This document shows positions 38,452 to 49,046 of a DNA stretch of 64,000 nucleotides, one piece after another. Under the pieces are notes generated by a model that worked only from the letters and a program-made list of their open reading frames with translations, did not search any database and was not told the DNA's origin. The stretch lies in assembly GCA_038207335.1 (NCBI GenBank), contig JBBQZX010000005.1:32001-96000 (forward strand), written 5' to 3'. Position 1 is the first letter of the stretch, and each line of letters starts with the position of its first letter. The translations under genes were made by a program, and so were the position numbers. The stretch comes from Chthoniobacterales bacterium. Its GTDB lineage: Bacteria > Verrucomicrobiota > Verrucomicrobiia > Chthoniobacterales > Chthoniobacteraceae.

Positions 38452-40497
38452 ATGAAAACAAAACGCCCCCATCGTTCCTCCCTCGCCGCCTGTTTTTCCA
38501 ACTTTGAAATCCTCGAGTCGCGCATCGCGCCGGCGGTCTTCATCATCACGAGGCTCACCGACGGTCCCGGCGATGCGGACGGATCGACGAATGGGTGCTG
38601 AGCCTGCGCGAGGCGATCATCGCGGCGAATACGAACACGGCTTTCGGCGACGCTCCCGCGGGGGATTCGGCGAGCGTGGATCAGATCATTTTCTCGCCGA
38701 CGCTCGCGGGCGGGACGATCACGCTGGGCAACGGTGAACTTTCGATCACGGACGCTCGAACGGCACGAATGCGCCTGCCGGAATCACGATCGATGGGCGC
38801 GGCGCGAGCCGCATTTTTAACATCGACGCGAATGGCGCGGTGACGATCACGGACCTGTCGCTCATCGGCGGCGAGAGCGGCACGGGAAACTCGGGCGGCG
38901 GCATTTTCATCTCCACCGGGGAGACGGTGAAGCTGACGGGAAATCACGCCGACCTCAATGGCGGCGCGATCTTCAACGATGGGAGCAGTCTGACGATCGA
39001 CAGCACAGCGGTGACGAATACGGTAAAAATCACCGGCAACTCCGCGATCGGCGGAGCGATCGGCGGCGGCGGCGGCATTTTCAGCGCGGGCGGGACGGTG
39101 GTCATATCGAAAACCACGATCTCGACAAAAACCGCATTGACTGCGCTCGGGAATGGCGGCGCGATACTGATCGGCGGTGCCACGGGGAGCCTGACGGTGA
39201 ATGGAGGCTCGATTCACCGGGAATCTCGCGGCGCGCGCGGGCGGCGGCATCGAGATCGTGGCGGGCACGGTGCAGATCACGGGCGCGAAGGTGACGAATA
39301 ACGATGTCACGGCGAGCGGGACACTCACGACCGCGGCGGCGCCGGGAAATGGCGGCGGCCTGCATGTGACCGGCGCGGCGACGGTGACTGTGAACGGCGG
39401 GCAATTCAGCTCCAAAAAAGCGGCGAAGGAGGGCGGCGGGCTGTGGAATTCGGCGACCGGCACGCTCTTCATCCGCGCCTACCAAGGCACGGGGACGGTA
39501 ATTAATAGCAATATCGCGGACGGGAACGGAACCGAGCAGGGTGGCGGCGGCGTCTTCAATGACGGCGGCACGTAATCATCAGATCGGCGACCATCGCCAA
39601 CAACGTCTCGACGGCGAGTGCGATCGGGAATGGCGGCGGCGGCATCTTCAACGACGGGCGCCTAATGCTGGAGAACGTCACCGTCACCTCGAATCGCGCG
39701 GACTCCCCCATGGCGTATGGCGGTGGCATTTTGAATTGCGACGGAGGGACGCTCACGGTCATCGGCGGCACGATCAGCTACAATTCTGCCGCGCGCGCGG
39801 GCAGGGGCATCGAGAACAATCTCGGCACGGTCACCTTGACCGGCGTTTATTTGCAGTTCAACGCGGCCGGGGTCAATGGCGGCGGCCTGCACACGAGCGG
39901 AGCGGGGTCGGTCACGATCACGGGCGTCATCGTTAAGGGCAACACCGCGGGGCAGGAGGGCGGCGGCTTGTGGAACTCCGGCACGGGCACCCTCACGGTG
40001 AACTCCAGCGCCCTGGGTGCGCGCACAATGGCGACGGCTTCGGCGACATCATCACCGCGTCGGCCAGCTCGAATTTCGGCGCGCTCGTCCGCGTCTTCAG
40101 CGGCCAAAATGGACGCCAGATCGACAGCTTCCTTGCATTCGACGACAAGCGCGTGAAGGGGGTCTTCGTCAGCGCGGGCGAAATCAATGGCGACGGCCGT
40201 GCCGACATCATCGCCGGCACCGACGCGACCAAGGCCCCGAATCTCCGCGCCTTCAGCCGCCCCGGCTTCGGCATCCCGTCCGCCGTCCTCGCCGACATCC
40301 TCCTCGACGCCGCCTACGCGGGCGGCGTGCGCGTCGCCTCCGCCGATGTGAATGCCGACGGCATCGCCGATATCATCGCCAGCACCGGCAAGTCCAAAAC
40401 GCCGCAAATCCGTATCTACGACGGCGCGACGACCGGCCTCCTAAACACGATCGCCCTGACCGACAAAGATTCCCGCACCGGCCTCTTCGTCGGGTAA
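38452..40497 (+). pseudogene. Frameshifted gene for a large secreted protein (LESRIAPA leader, CSLREA-like motif, GGAI/GGGI beta-helix repeats, FG-GAP C-terminus)
   Basis: A continuous protein-like sequence passes through successive frames, with breaks near 38595, 38755, 39210, 39572 and 40020; ends TGLFVG-stop. Confidence 0.8.
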
Positions 40498-40549
40498 AGG
40501 CGCTGGAAACGTGGCCCTCGCATCGTTCCGCAGTGCGATGCGCGGCGGT

Positions 40550-40583
40550 GAAGCCCTTGCACACGGGTGGATGCAAGGGCTTC
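40550..40583. other. Perfect 12-bp hairpin downstream of the pseudogene
   Basis: gaagcccttgca - 10 nt - tgcaagggcttc, with no adjacent U-tract. Confidence 0.55.
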
Positions 40584-40739
40584 GTGACGCTTGGTTTTAA
40601 CGGCCGTCGGCGATTATCCGTGGAGGACGGGACCTGTTTTGTAGCATCGATCAATTGGTAGAAACGATTCTTTTAAGAAGCGATTGATATCGGTGCGGAT
40701 CGGCGTATCGGAGGGGCTCGTTCCCACAAAAACACTCCT

Positions 40740-42434
40740 ATGTCCCGCTCCCGTATCCTCTCAAAAGACGTCCGCAATATTCTCCCGCGTCTCTGTCTAG
40801 GCGCAGGGCTCATGGCCGGCGGGTTCGCGCACGCCGGGGTGATCGATGTCTTTCTGGTCGGCGGGCAATCGAATGCGCTGGGCCGCGCCGATCCCTCGAC
40901 TTTGCCCACGGCGCTGAAGAATCCGCAGCCGGATGTGCCCTACTACTACTCGACGAGTGTGGGGCTGACGACGCTGCGGCCGCGGGCGACGGAGTTTGGC
41001 CCGGAGATCACGTTTGGGCGGGCGATGGCGGACTATTACGAGGCGCGGGCGGGGCAGATCGCGATCCTGAAATATGCGGTGGGTGGGACGAATCTGTATT
41101 CGCAGTGGAAAGCGGGGGGCGATGCGACGACGACCGGGGATGGTCCGCTCTACCAAGATTTCCAGACGACGATCAGCGCGGGGATGATCGCGCTGCAGAT
41201 GGCGAATCCCGGAATGACGCTGGTGCTGCGCGGGATGATCTGGATGCAGGGAGAGAGCGATGCGATCCCGGCGCAGAGCGCGAATTACGAAGCGAATCTG
41301 ACAGCATTCATCAGCGATATTCGGAAGACATACGGAGCGGGGCTGTTTTTCACGATCGGCGAGCTTTCGACCGGCCAGACTGGCACCGGGCCAGCGGCGG
41401 ACCTCGCGACGGTGCGCGCGGCGCAGGAACATGTTGCGGCTGCGGACCCGCTGACGAGCATCCTGAATACCAATAGCTACAGCCTGAAGCCCGACAATCT
41501 GCACTGGGACACGGTCGGGCAGCAGCAGCTCGGCAATGGCTTTGCGACCACGATGCAGACGCAGCTCGTGCCGGAGCCCTCGACGGCGGGGCTGTTACTT
41601 TTCGGCGCTCTCGGCCTCGGGCTGCGCCGCCGCCGTGCCCGGCACACTCCACTTTCCAACCCAACCCAAGAACCTACCAACCACACGATGAAATCCATGC
41701 ACCTCACTTCGCTGGCGCTCGCCTCGGCGCTCGCTCTCACCACTATCAGCGCGCACGCGCAGACCCCGGTCGCCGCGTTTGACGTCGGCGGAAATGCCGG
41801 AAGCGCGACCAGTCCCGTGGAGACGGGGTTCACGGCGTTTAGCTTCGCGGACGGGCTCGGGCCGAACGCGGTCGTGGCGGGCGGGATCACCGGGATCATC
41901 GCCGGCGGCACGACGCTGGCGGGCGCGACGGCGACGGATGCGAACGGGGATTTCAGCTCGACGGCGCAGGTGGTGCACCGGGATCGCCTCACACCCGCGG
42001 CGGACATTGGGGCGTTCACTTTCAGCGAACTCTACCGGGATTTTGCGACGCAGAACTTTCTAGCGATCGAATTCAAGGGCCTGACTGTGAGCACGGAATA
42101 TCTGCTGACGTTTTACGCGTACGACAACAACGGCAACCGCACGCAGACTTTCACCAATATTACGGGCGGAGCGTCCGCGCCGTTTGGGACGGTGACCTAC
42201 ACAGCGGGGTTCGCATTCAACTCCGCGACACCGAACGATGTGTTCTCCACGAGCTTCAACGCGACTTCCGATGCGCAAGGACGGCTCTTTTTCACGGAGT
42301 CTGGTGTGGGGACAGGCGGCAGCACGAGTGTGGCGCTGGTGAATGGGTTCACGTTGACGCCCGTGCCCGAGCCAGCATCCGCGGCGCTCCTGCTCTTCGG
42401 GGCGACGGCGCTCGGCCTGCGTCGGCGGCGGTAG
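40740..42434 (+). CDS. Single ORF containing two PEP-CTERM proteins: a SASA/sialate O-acetylesterase-like SGNH hydrolase, then a second secreted protein from ATG 41688
   Basis: GQSNA, WMQGESD, DNLH motifs; internal VPEPSTAGLLLFGALGLGLRRRR; second signal peptide MKSMHLTSLALASALALTTISAHA; terminal VPEPASAALLLFGATALGLRRRR. Confidence 0.8.
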   Translation: MSRSRILSKDVRNILPRLCLGAGLMAGGFAHAGVIDVFLVGGQSNALGRADPSTLPTALKNPQPDVPYYYSTSVGLTTLRPRATEFGPEITFGRAMADYYEARAGQIAILKYAVGGTNLYSQWKAGGDATTTGDGPLYQDFQTTISAGMIALQMANPGMTLVLRGMIWMQGESDAIPAQSANYEANLTAFISDIRKTYGAGLFFTIGELSTGQTGTGPAADLATVRAAQEHVAAADPLTSILNTNSYSLKPDNLHWDTVGQQQLGNGFATTMQTQLVPEPSTAGLLLFGALGLGLRRRRARHTPLSNPTQEPTNHTMKSMHLTSLALASALALTTISAHAQTPVAAFDVGGNAGSATSPVETGFTAFSFADGLGPNAVVAGGITGIIAGGTTLAGATATDANGDFSSTAQVVHRDRLTPAADIGAFTFSELYRDFATQNFLAIEFKGLTVSTEYLLTFYAYDNNGNRTQTFTNITGGASAPFGTVTYTAGFAFNSATPNDVFSTSFNATSDAQGRLFFTESGVGTGGSTSVALVNGFTLTPVPEPASAALLLFGATALGLRRRR

Positions 42435-42519
42435 GGCAGTGGGCAAAAAAATTGCGTCGCGGCTGGAACATCGGGCGCGGGCAGGGCACGGTGCGGGGGT
42501 CTTTTGAAAATCCCGCGCC

Positions 42520-43425
42520 ATGTCTCTGCTTGAACCGCTGCGCCGCCTCGGGCGTCAAATCTCCGCTTCGCATCGCGGCGTCGCGCGGCTGGAGGGCGCG
42601 CTGGAGCAGGTGCGAGAGGCGCTCGGGCGGATCGAGGAAAGGCAGACGGCCACGGCCGCGGATTCGGGTCTGGAGGCGAATGAGTTCCGCGTTTTCTCGC
42701 AATGGGGCGAGGACGGGATCATCGCGCATCTGCTGCGGCATGTGCCAATTGCGCGGCGGGTGTTCGTGGAGTTTGGCGTGGAGACTTACGCGGAGGCGAA
42801 TACGCGCTGGCTGCTCGTGAATGAAAACTGGAGCGGCGTGGTCTTCGACGGCAGCGAGGCGAATATCGCGGCCGTCCGCCGCAGTCCGATTTACTGGCGG
42901 CACAATCTCAAGGCGGCACAGGCGTTCATCACACGCGAGAACATCGACGCGCTGCTCGTGGAGCACGGAGCGACTGGCGACATCGGGCTGCTCTCCGTCG
43001 ATATCGACGGGGTCGATTACTGGGTCTGGGAGGCGATCACCGCCGTGCAGCCCGCGATCGTCGTCGCGGAATACAACGCGCGCTTCGGCCCCGAGCGCCG
43101 CGTGACCGTGCCGTACGATCCGCACTTTTCACGCACCGCCGCGCACCACGCCGCGATCTACTACGGCGCGTCGATCGCCGCGCTCACGGCGCTCGCCGGA
43201 CGAAAGGGCTACGTGCTCGTCGGTGGGAATAGCGCGGGGAATAACGCGTTTTTCGTGCGGCGCGAACTGCTGCGTGCGCCGCTGGCGGAGGTTGCGCCCG
43301 CGCAGGCGTGGCGGCGGTGCCAGTTCCGCGAGACGCGCGATCCCGCGGGCCGGCTCACCTTTTCCACCGCCGCCGAGGAGGATGGGATCCTCGCTGCGCT
43401 GCCACTCGTGGAGGTGCCCGCGTGA
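42520..43425 (+). CDS. FkbM-like methyltransferase-fold protein of a glycan locus
   Basis: FSQWGEDGII, FVEFGV, LLSVDIDGVDYWVW, EYN, NAFFV. Confidence 0.6.
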   Translation: MSLLEPLRRLGRQISASHRGVARLEGALEQVREALGRIEERQTATAADSGLEANEFRVFSQWGEDGIIAHLLRHVPIARRVFVEFGVETYAEANTRWLLVNENWSGVVFDGSEANIAAVRRSPIYWRHNLKAAQAFITRENIDALLVEHGATGDIGLLSVDIDGVDYWVWEAITAVQPAIVVAEYNARFGPERRVTVPYDPHFSRTAAHHAAIYYGASIAALTALAGRKGYVLVGGNSAGNNAFFVRRELLRAPLAEVAPAQAWRRCQFRETRDPAGRLTFSTAAEEDGILAALPLVEVPA

Positions 43426-44339
43426 GCACCGCGCTCATTGTCGGAGTCGCCGGTTTTCTCGGCCGATACGCCGCGCGTGAATTTATCCGGCTCGGCTGGC
43501 GCGTCGTCGGACTCGACATCGTGCCGCCAGAAAATGGGCCGCACGGCATCATCTACTTCCAGATGCCGCTCCCGTCGCCTGAGCTCGCCACGCTGCTCCG
43601 AGCCGAGTCGCCGCAAGTCTGCATCAACGCCGCCGGACGCGCCTCCGTGCCGCTCTCGATGGAAAATCCCGCCGACGATTTTCGCGACAACGCCGTGCTC
43701 ACTTTCGAGCTCCTCGAGGCGCTACGCCGCGATGCGCCGCACTGTCGCTTCCTCTTCCTCTCGAGCGCCGCGGTTTATGGGAATCCGATGTCGCTTCCAG
43801 TCTCCGAGTCGCACGCGATCATGCCGCTCTCGCCGTACGGATACCACAAGCGGCAGGGCGAGTTGCTGTGCGAGGAGTTCTCGAAAATCTACGCCGTCCC
43901 GACCGCGTCGCTGCGGCTCTTCTCCGCTTACGGCCCCGGCCTCCGGCGGCAAGTCATCTGGGACATGTGCGAGCGCGTCTTCGTCACCGGCGCGCTGCAG
44001 CTCCGCGGCACGGGTGAGGAAAGTCGCGACTTCATCCACGCCGCGGACGTGGCCCGCGCCCTCGCTATGCTCGCGACCGATGCGCCGTGTGGCGGAGAAA
44101 TCTACAATATCGCCAGCGGGCGCGAAGTTAGCATCGCCGAATTAGCCGCGCTCGTGCTGGCCGAACTGGGCACCGACATCGTCGCGCAATTCGACGGCGC
44201 GGAAACCCCCGGCCAGCCGCGCAACTGGCGCGCAGACACCGCGCGCGCCGCTTCGCTCGGCTTCACCACATCTGTCGTGCTAGAGCAGGGTCTCAGCGGC
44301 GTCGCCGCGTGGTGTCGTGCGGAACTCGGTAACGCATGA
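43422..44339 (+). CDS. NAD-dependent sugar epimerase/dehydratase
   Basis: GVAGFLG, SSAAVYG, YGYHK, RDFIH. Confidence 0.9.
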   Translation: MSTALIVGVAGFLGRYAAREFIRLGWRVVGLDIVPPENGPHGIIYFQMPLPSPELATLLRAESPQVCINAAGRASVPLSMENPADDFRDNAVLTFELLEALRRDAPHCRFLFLSSAAVYGNPMSLPVSESHAIMPLSPYGYHKRQGELLCEEFSKIYAVPTASLRLFSAYGPGLRRQVIWDMCERVFVTGALQLRGTGEESRDFIHAADVARALAMLATDAPCGGEIYNIASGREVSIAELAALVLAELGTDIVAQFDGAETPGQPRNWRADTARAASLGFTTSVVLEQGLSGVAAWCRAELGNA

Positions 44340-45511
44340 GCGCTCCGCTCCACATCGGCCTCGTCGCGCAGGGCGGACCGGGCTGGGCCGGCGGCACCGA
44401 GTACATTCGCAATCTCCTCCGCGCCCTCGCCGCCGCCGGAATCGCAGACCGCACCGTGGTGTGCGCCGAGAGCCAGCGCGCCGCCTGGAAGCCCACGAAT
44501 GCCGATGAATACAGGCTTTCCACCGTTCCTGTAAAAGCCGCGCCTTCCAAAATTCGCAGCCTTTTCACATCGCCGAACGCCGCATTCAGCGCCGCCGTCC
44601 GCGCCTCCGGCTGCGGCTTCATCTACCCCTTCACTTACGACAACGTCCACAACGTCGGCGTCACCCTCCCGCTCGGAAACGCGCTCGGCCGCTGCCGCTG
44701 GGCGGGCTGGATTCCAGACTTCCAGCACCGCCACCTCCCGCATCTTTTTTCCGAGAAAGAGGTCGCCCGCCGCGAGCGCGGAATCGCCGCGCTCGCCGAT
44801 GAAGCTCCGCGTGTCGTTCTCAGTAGTGAAGCCGCCGCCGCCGATTTCCGCGCCGCATTTCCCGCACAAAACAGCAAAGCCGAGGTGCTCCGTTTCGCCA
44901 CGTTTCCGCACGCCGATTGGTATGCCGATTCCACCGAGGATCTCCGCTGGCTTCCGCCGCGTTTCTTCCTCGTCAGCAACCAATTCTGGAAACACAAAAA
45001 CCATCTCGTGCTCTTCGAGGCGCTCCGCATCCTAGCCGCGCGCGGCATCCGCCCCGCCGTCGTCTGCACCGGCGCACTCGCCGATTTTCGCGACGCCGAT
45101 TTTGCAAACGTGATCCTCCAGACCATCCACCGCAGCGGCCTCACGAGCCAGGTCATGCTCCTTGGACTCGTGGCCCGCCGCACGCAAATCGAACTCATGC
45201 GCCGCTGCCTCGCCGTCGTGCAGCCGTCGCTTTTCGAGGGCTGGAGCACCGTAGTCGAAGATGCGCGTGTGCTTGGCCGGCCGACCATTCTCTCCGACCT
45301 CGATGTTCATCTCGAGCAGTCGCCACCCGGCGCGAAATATTTCTCCCGCGACAATCCCGACGCACTCGCCGACGCACTCGCCGAAGCGTGGGAAATCCTC
45401 GCGCCCGGTATCGACAGCGACGCAGAGAAAAAAGCACGATCGCTCGCGGATGCTGCAATCATCGGCGTTGGCGATCGGTTCATCGAAATCGCGCACGCCG
45501 CCGGGGCATGA
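44336..45511 (+). CDS. Glycosyltransferase, GT4-like
   Basis: WIPDFQH, NQFWKHKNH, PSLFEGWSTVVEDA. Confidence 0.88.
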   Translation: MSAPLHIGLVAQGGPGWAGGTEYIRNLLRALAAAGIADRTVVCAESQRAAWKPTNADEYRLSTVPVKAAPSKIRSLFTSPNAAFSAAVRASGCGFIYPFTYDNVHNVGVTLPLGNALGRCRWAGWIPDFQHRHLPHLFSEKEVARRERGIAALADEAPRVVLSSEAAAADFRAAFPAQNSKAEVLRFATFPHADWYADSTEDLRWLPPRFFLVSNQFWKHKNHLVLFEALRILAARGIRPAVVCTGALADFRDADFANVILQTIHRSGLTSQVMLLGLVARRTQIELMRRCLAVVQPSLFEGWSTVVEDARVLGRPTILSDLDVHLEQSPPGAKYFSRDNPDALADALAEAWEILAPGIDSDAEKKARSLADAAIIGVGDRFIEIAHAAGA

Positions 45512-46362
45512 ACGAGCCGCTCGTTTCCATCGTCGTCCCGACGTTGAACCAGGCCGCCTTCATCGAGCAAACGCTCGCCTCGATCGTCGGCCAAAACTGG
45601 CCGCGTCTCGAACTCATCGTCATCGACGGCGGCAGCAACGACGGCACGCACGCGGTCGTCGAGCGCTACCGCCACGCGATCGCGCACTTCATTTCAGAGC
45701 CCGACCGCGGCCAGGCCGACGCGATCAACAAAGGCTTTAGGCTCGCGACCGGCGATGTCCTCGCGTGGCTGAATTCCGACGACATGTATCTCCCGTGCAC
45801 TCTGCAAACCGCCGTCCGAGCGCTCGGCGACACCTCCGCGCCATGCCTCGCATACGGCGCGTGCATCACCTTTTACGAAGGCTCATCTCAAGCGCGCACG
45901 CTCCTCGCCGAGCCGTTTGATCGCGAGCGCCTCCGCCACTGCGACTACATTTTCCAGCCGAGCGCATTCTGGACGCGCGCTCTCTGGGAGCGCACTGGCG
46001 AGCTGAATGAAGCGCTCCATTTCACCCTCGATTGGGACTGGTGGCTGCGCGCCGCCGCACACTGCGATTTCACGCCCATCCCGCAGCCGCTCTCGCTCTA
46101 CCGCTTTCACACCGCGCACAAAAGCGGCAGCGGCAGCGACCGCCGCACGCGTGAGGTCGTCGAGTTCGTGGAAAAGCACGCCGGCCCGGAATGGGGCGCG
46201 GCCTTCCGCGAAGTCTCCGCCAACATGACGGCGCTCGCTGACAGCCACGACCGCCTTCGCCGGATCAATCTCCACGGCTTCCGCACATGGCTTCACCGCG
46301 GGCTCTATCGGCGGCATGGTGCGAAAGTGAAAGTCGCCATGTCGCAGCTCCGTTCGACGTGA
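45508..46362 (+). CDS. Glycosyltransferase, GT2
   Basis: VSIVVPTLN, IDGGSND, GQADAINKG, WLNSDD. Confidence 0.9.
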   Translation: MNEPLVSIVVPTLNQAAFIEQTLASIVGQNWPRLELIVIDGGSNDGTHAVVERYRHAIAHFISEPDRGQADAINKGFRLATGDVLAWLNSDDMYLPCTLQTAVRALGDTSAPCLAYGACITFYEGSSQARTLLAEPFDRERLRHCDYIFQPSAFWTRALWERTGELNEALHFTLDWDWWLRAAAHCDFTPIPQPLSLYRFHTAHKSGSGSDRRTREVVEFVEKHAGPEWGAAFREVSANMTALADSHDRLRRINLHGFRTWLHRGLYRRHGAKVKVAMSQLRST

Positions 46363-47231
46363 AAATCTCGATCGTCACTCCGTCCTTCAATCAAGCCGCA
46401 TTCCTCGAGGAGGCGATGCTCTCCGTGCTGTCGCAAGATCACGAGCCTCTGGAATACATCGTCGTCGATGGCGGCTCAACCGACAGCAGCACCGAGATCA
46501 TCCAGCGCCACGCCGCGCGCCTCGCGTGGTCCGTGAGTGAGCGCGACGGCGGAATGTACGACGCGCTCAACAAAGGCTTTGCCCGCACCACCGGCGAGGT
46601 GATGGCGTGGCTGAACAGCGACGACAAGCTGATGCCCTGGGCGCTCAGCATCGTCGCGGAAATCTTCGCGACTTTTCCGGAGGTCGAATGGCTCACCACA
46701 CTCGCCCAAATCCGCTGGGACGAACGCGGCCGCGCCGTCCGTTGCCTGCCGCAGCGCGGCTTTTCGCGTGCCGGTTTTCAGCGCGGCGAAAACCTCCCGT
46801 ATGCCGAACAATTCAGCACCGGATGGATTCAGCAGGAGTCCACATTCTGGAGGCGATCTTTGTGGGAAAAAGCCGGCGCGCGTGTCGGCGCGGAGTTTGA
46901 GCAAGCCGGTGATTTCGAGCTCTGGGCGCGCTTCTTCCAGCACGCCGAACTTTTCTCCGTCGAGACTCCGCTCGGCGGATTTCGCTTCCACGGCGAACAA
47001 AAAACGGGCGCGGGCCACGGCCGCTACGTGGTGGAAGGCGAGCGCGCCCTCACTCTCCACGGCGGTCGCCGCCACGGTGCGTTTGAGCGCACCGCGCGCC
47101 GCATCGCCTACGAGTGCTGCCCGCGCTCGCTGCAGCCAATCGCGAGCAAATTCGGCCTCCTGCATCCCGCGCGCATCTGCCGACACAACCGCCGCACTCG
47201 CCGCTGGGAAATCGTGACGACGTATGCGTGA
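46359..47231 (+). CDS. Glycosyltransferase, GT2
   Basis: SIVTPSFN, DGGSTD, DALNKG, WLNSDD, QQESTFW. Confidence 0.9.
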   Translation: MKISIVTPSFNQAAFLEEAMLSVLSQDHEPLEYIVVDGGSTDSSTEIIQRHAARLAWSVSERDGGMYDALNKGFARTTGEVMAWLNSDDKLMPWALSIVAEIFATFPEVEWLTTLAQIRWDERGRAVRCLPQRGFSRAGFQRGENLPYAEQFSTGWIQQESTFWRRSLWEKAGARVGAEFEQAGDFELWARFFQHAELFSVETPLGGFRFHGEQKTGAGHGRYVVEGERALTLHGGRRHGAFERTARRIAYECCPRSLQPIASKFGLLHPARICRHNRRTRRWEIVTTYA

Positions 47232-48150
47232 GACCGTCGCCGTCATCATCCCGGCGTTCAATGCCGAGCCCTTCATCGCCGAGGCCATAGAAAGCGTTCT
47301 CGCGCAGACCGCGTCCGCTTCGCAGCTCATCGTCGTCGATGACGGCAGCACCGACTCCACCGCCGCTTCCGCCGAAAAATTCGGTGACGCGCTCATGCTC
47401 CTGCGGCGCGGAAATGGAGGCGTTTCCGCCGCGCGCAACGAAGGCGCAAAACAGACCACCTGCGACTGGCTGCTCTTCCTCAACGCCGACGACCGCCTGC
47501 TCCCCGCGGCGATCGAGAACATGCTCGCTCGAGCCGAGTGTGCTGAGTTCGGAGTGGTCTATGGGCAGACCAAGTTCTTCGACGATACCACCCGCGAAAG
47601 CAGGCTCCACGGGCTTTCCGAGTCCGAAGGCCCACCACCCGCCGCCGCGCGCGCGAGCTTTTGGAAAGCCGCAATCGCGACCCCCGGCGCTGCGCTCATC
47701 CGCGCGGATTTCTTCAACGAAATCGGCGGCTTTGATCCGGTAGTGAACACCCTCGCCGACCGCGACTTCTGGATAAGAGCGGGTGCATTGCGCGAGTTCG
47801 GCTTCATCCCAAAACCGGTGATCGAAAAGCGCGAACATAGTGCAAACATGTCCGGCGATCTCAGCCGCGCCCGCATTCAAGCCGTCCAGGTTCAGTTCAG
47901 CTTCCTCGACTGGTGCAGCGCGCGCGGCATCTCCATCGACTTCCTCCAAACCTCGCCGGGCGAGATCATCGAGCGCAATCTTCAGCGCGCACTGGAGACG
48001 CGCAGCTTCGCCGCTGCGGAGTGGATTTGCGCCGAGGCCGCGCGCCGAGAAATGGACTCGCCTATTGTTTCGCGCGCCCGGCGAATTCTCGCGATGCCAG
48101 CCTTCGCGCGAGAGGCGGAACTAAAAGTGCGGGAACTTCTGAACCGATGA
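47224..48150 (+). CDS. Glycosyltransferase, GT2
   Basis: VIIPAFN, DDGSTD, SAARNEG, FLNADD. Confidence 0.88.
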   Translation: MRETVAVIIPAFNAEPFIAEAIESVLAQTASASQLIVVDDGSTDSTAASAEKFGDALMLLRRGNGGVSAARNEGAKQTTCDWLLFLNADDRLLPAAIENMLARAECAEFGVVYGQTKFFDDTTRESRLHGLSESEGPPPAAARASFWKAAIATPGAALIRADFFNEIGGFDPVVNTLADRDFWIRAGALREFGFIPKPVIEKREHSANMSGDLSRARIQAVQVQFSFLDWCSARGISIDFLQTSPGEIIERNLQRALETRSFAAAEWICAEAARREMDSPIVSRARRILAMPAFAREAELKVRELLNR

Positions 48151-49046
48151 GCCCGCCCTATTTCTCGGTCATCACGCCGTCCTACAATCAAGCGCCCTGG
48201 CTCGAAGGATGCCTTCAGTCCGTCCTCGTGCAGGGCGTCACCGACTTCGAGCACATCCTCTTCGACAACTCCTCCACCGACGGCACCGGCGCCATCCTCG
48301 CGCCCCATCCGCACCTCATCGCAAAGTCCGAACCCGACAGCGGCCAGGCCGACGCGCTCAACAAAGGCCTCCGTCTCGCACGCGGCGAAATCGTCTGCTG
48401 GCTCAACGCCGACGATCAATATCTCCCCGGCGCGTTCGAAGTCGTCCGCCGCGAATTCGCAAAGCCCGGCGTCGATGTGATTTTCGGCGATGCGCTCGAA
48501 GATGCCTGCGACGGACGCCCTCCCTCGCTCCGCCGCGCGCGATTCCGCGACCGCGCGGACCTGCTCATCTGGTGGGAGAAGCGCACCGACATTTTGCAGC
48601 CCGCCGTCTTCTTCCGCCGGTCGCTCCTCGATCGCGCCGGACTCCTCCGCGAAGACCTCCACCTCATCCTCGACACTGAGCTGTGGTGGCGTCTTTCCGA
48701 GCGTTCCACTTTCCACTACATCCCCGAGCCGCTCGCGCTCCAGCAGCGGCAGCCTGACTCGAAAACCGTGAAACACGCGCACCGAATTTATGAGGAAAAG
48801 GCGCGCGTCTTCGCTCCGCTGCTCCACGAGGCGCAGCCCGGGAAACGGCTCCAGCACATGCTTTCCCGCCGCCTCGGCATGGGCCGCAGATACCTCGGCC
48901 TCGCCCAGCTCAGCGGCTTGGCGCACCGCGCCGACGCTTTCCGAAATCTCAAAACCAGCGCCCGCCAGAACCCGCTCATGCTGCTCGCGCCGAGCTGGCT
49001 GAGGACGCTCGCCTTTCTCCTCCGGGCCCGCACCCCGCATGTCTGA
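48147..49046 (+). CDS. Glycosyltransferase, GT2
   Basis: VITPSYN, DNSSTD, GQADALNKG, WLNADD. Confidence 0.9.
   Translation: MSPPYFSVITPSYNQAPWLEGCLQSVLVQGVTDFEHILFDNSSTDGTGAILAPHPHLIAKSEPDSGQADALNKGLRLARGEIVCWLNADDQYLPGAFEVVRREFAKPGVDVIFGDALEDACDGRPPSLRRARFRDRADLLIWWEKRTDILQPAVFFRRSLLDRAGLLREDLHLILDTELWWRLSERSTFHYIPEPLALQQRQPDSKTVKHAHRIYEEKARVFAPLLHEAQPGKRLQHMLSRRLGMGRRYLGLAQLSGLAHRADAFRNLKTSARQNPLMLLAPSWLRTLAFLLRARTPHV

Noticed and set aside
40676..40686. AGAAGCGATTG shared with 62893-62903, upstream of two secreted-protein genes
   Set aside because: An 11-mer match is expected by chance many times in 64 kb, and there is no further support.
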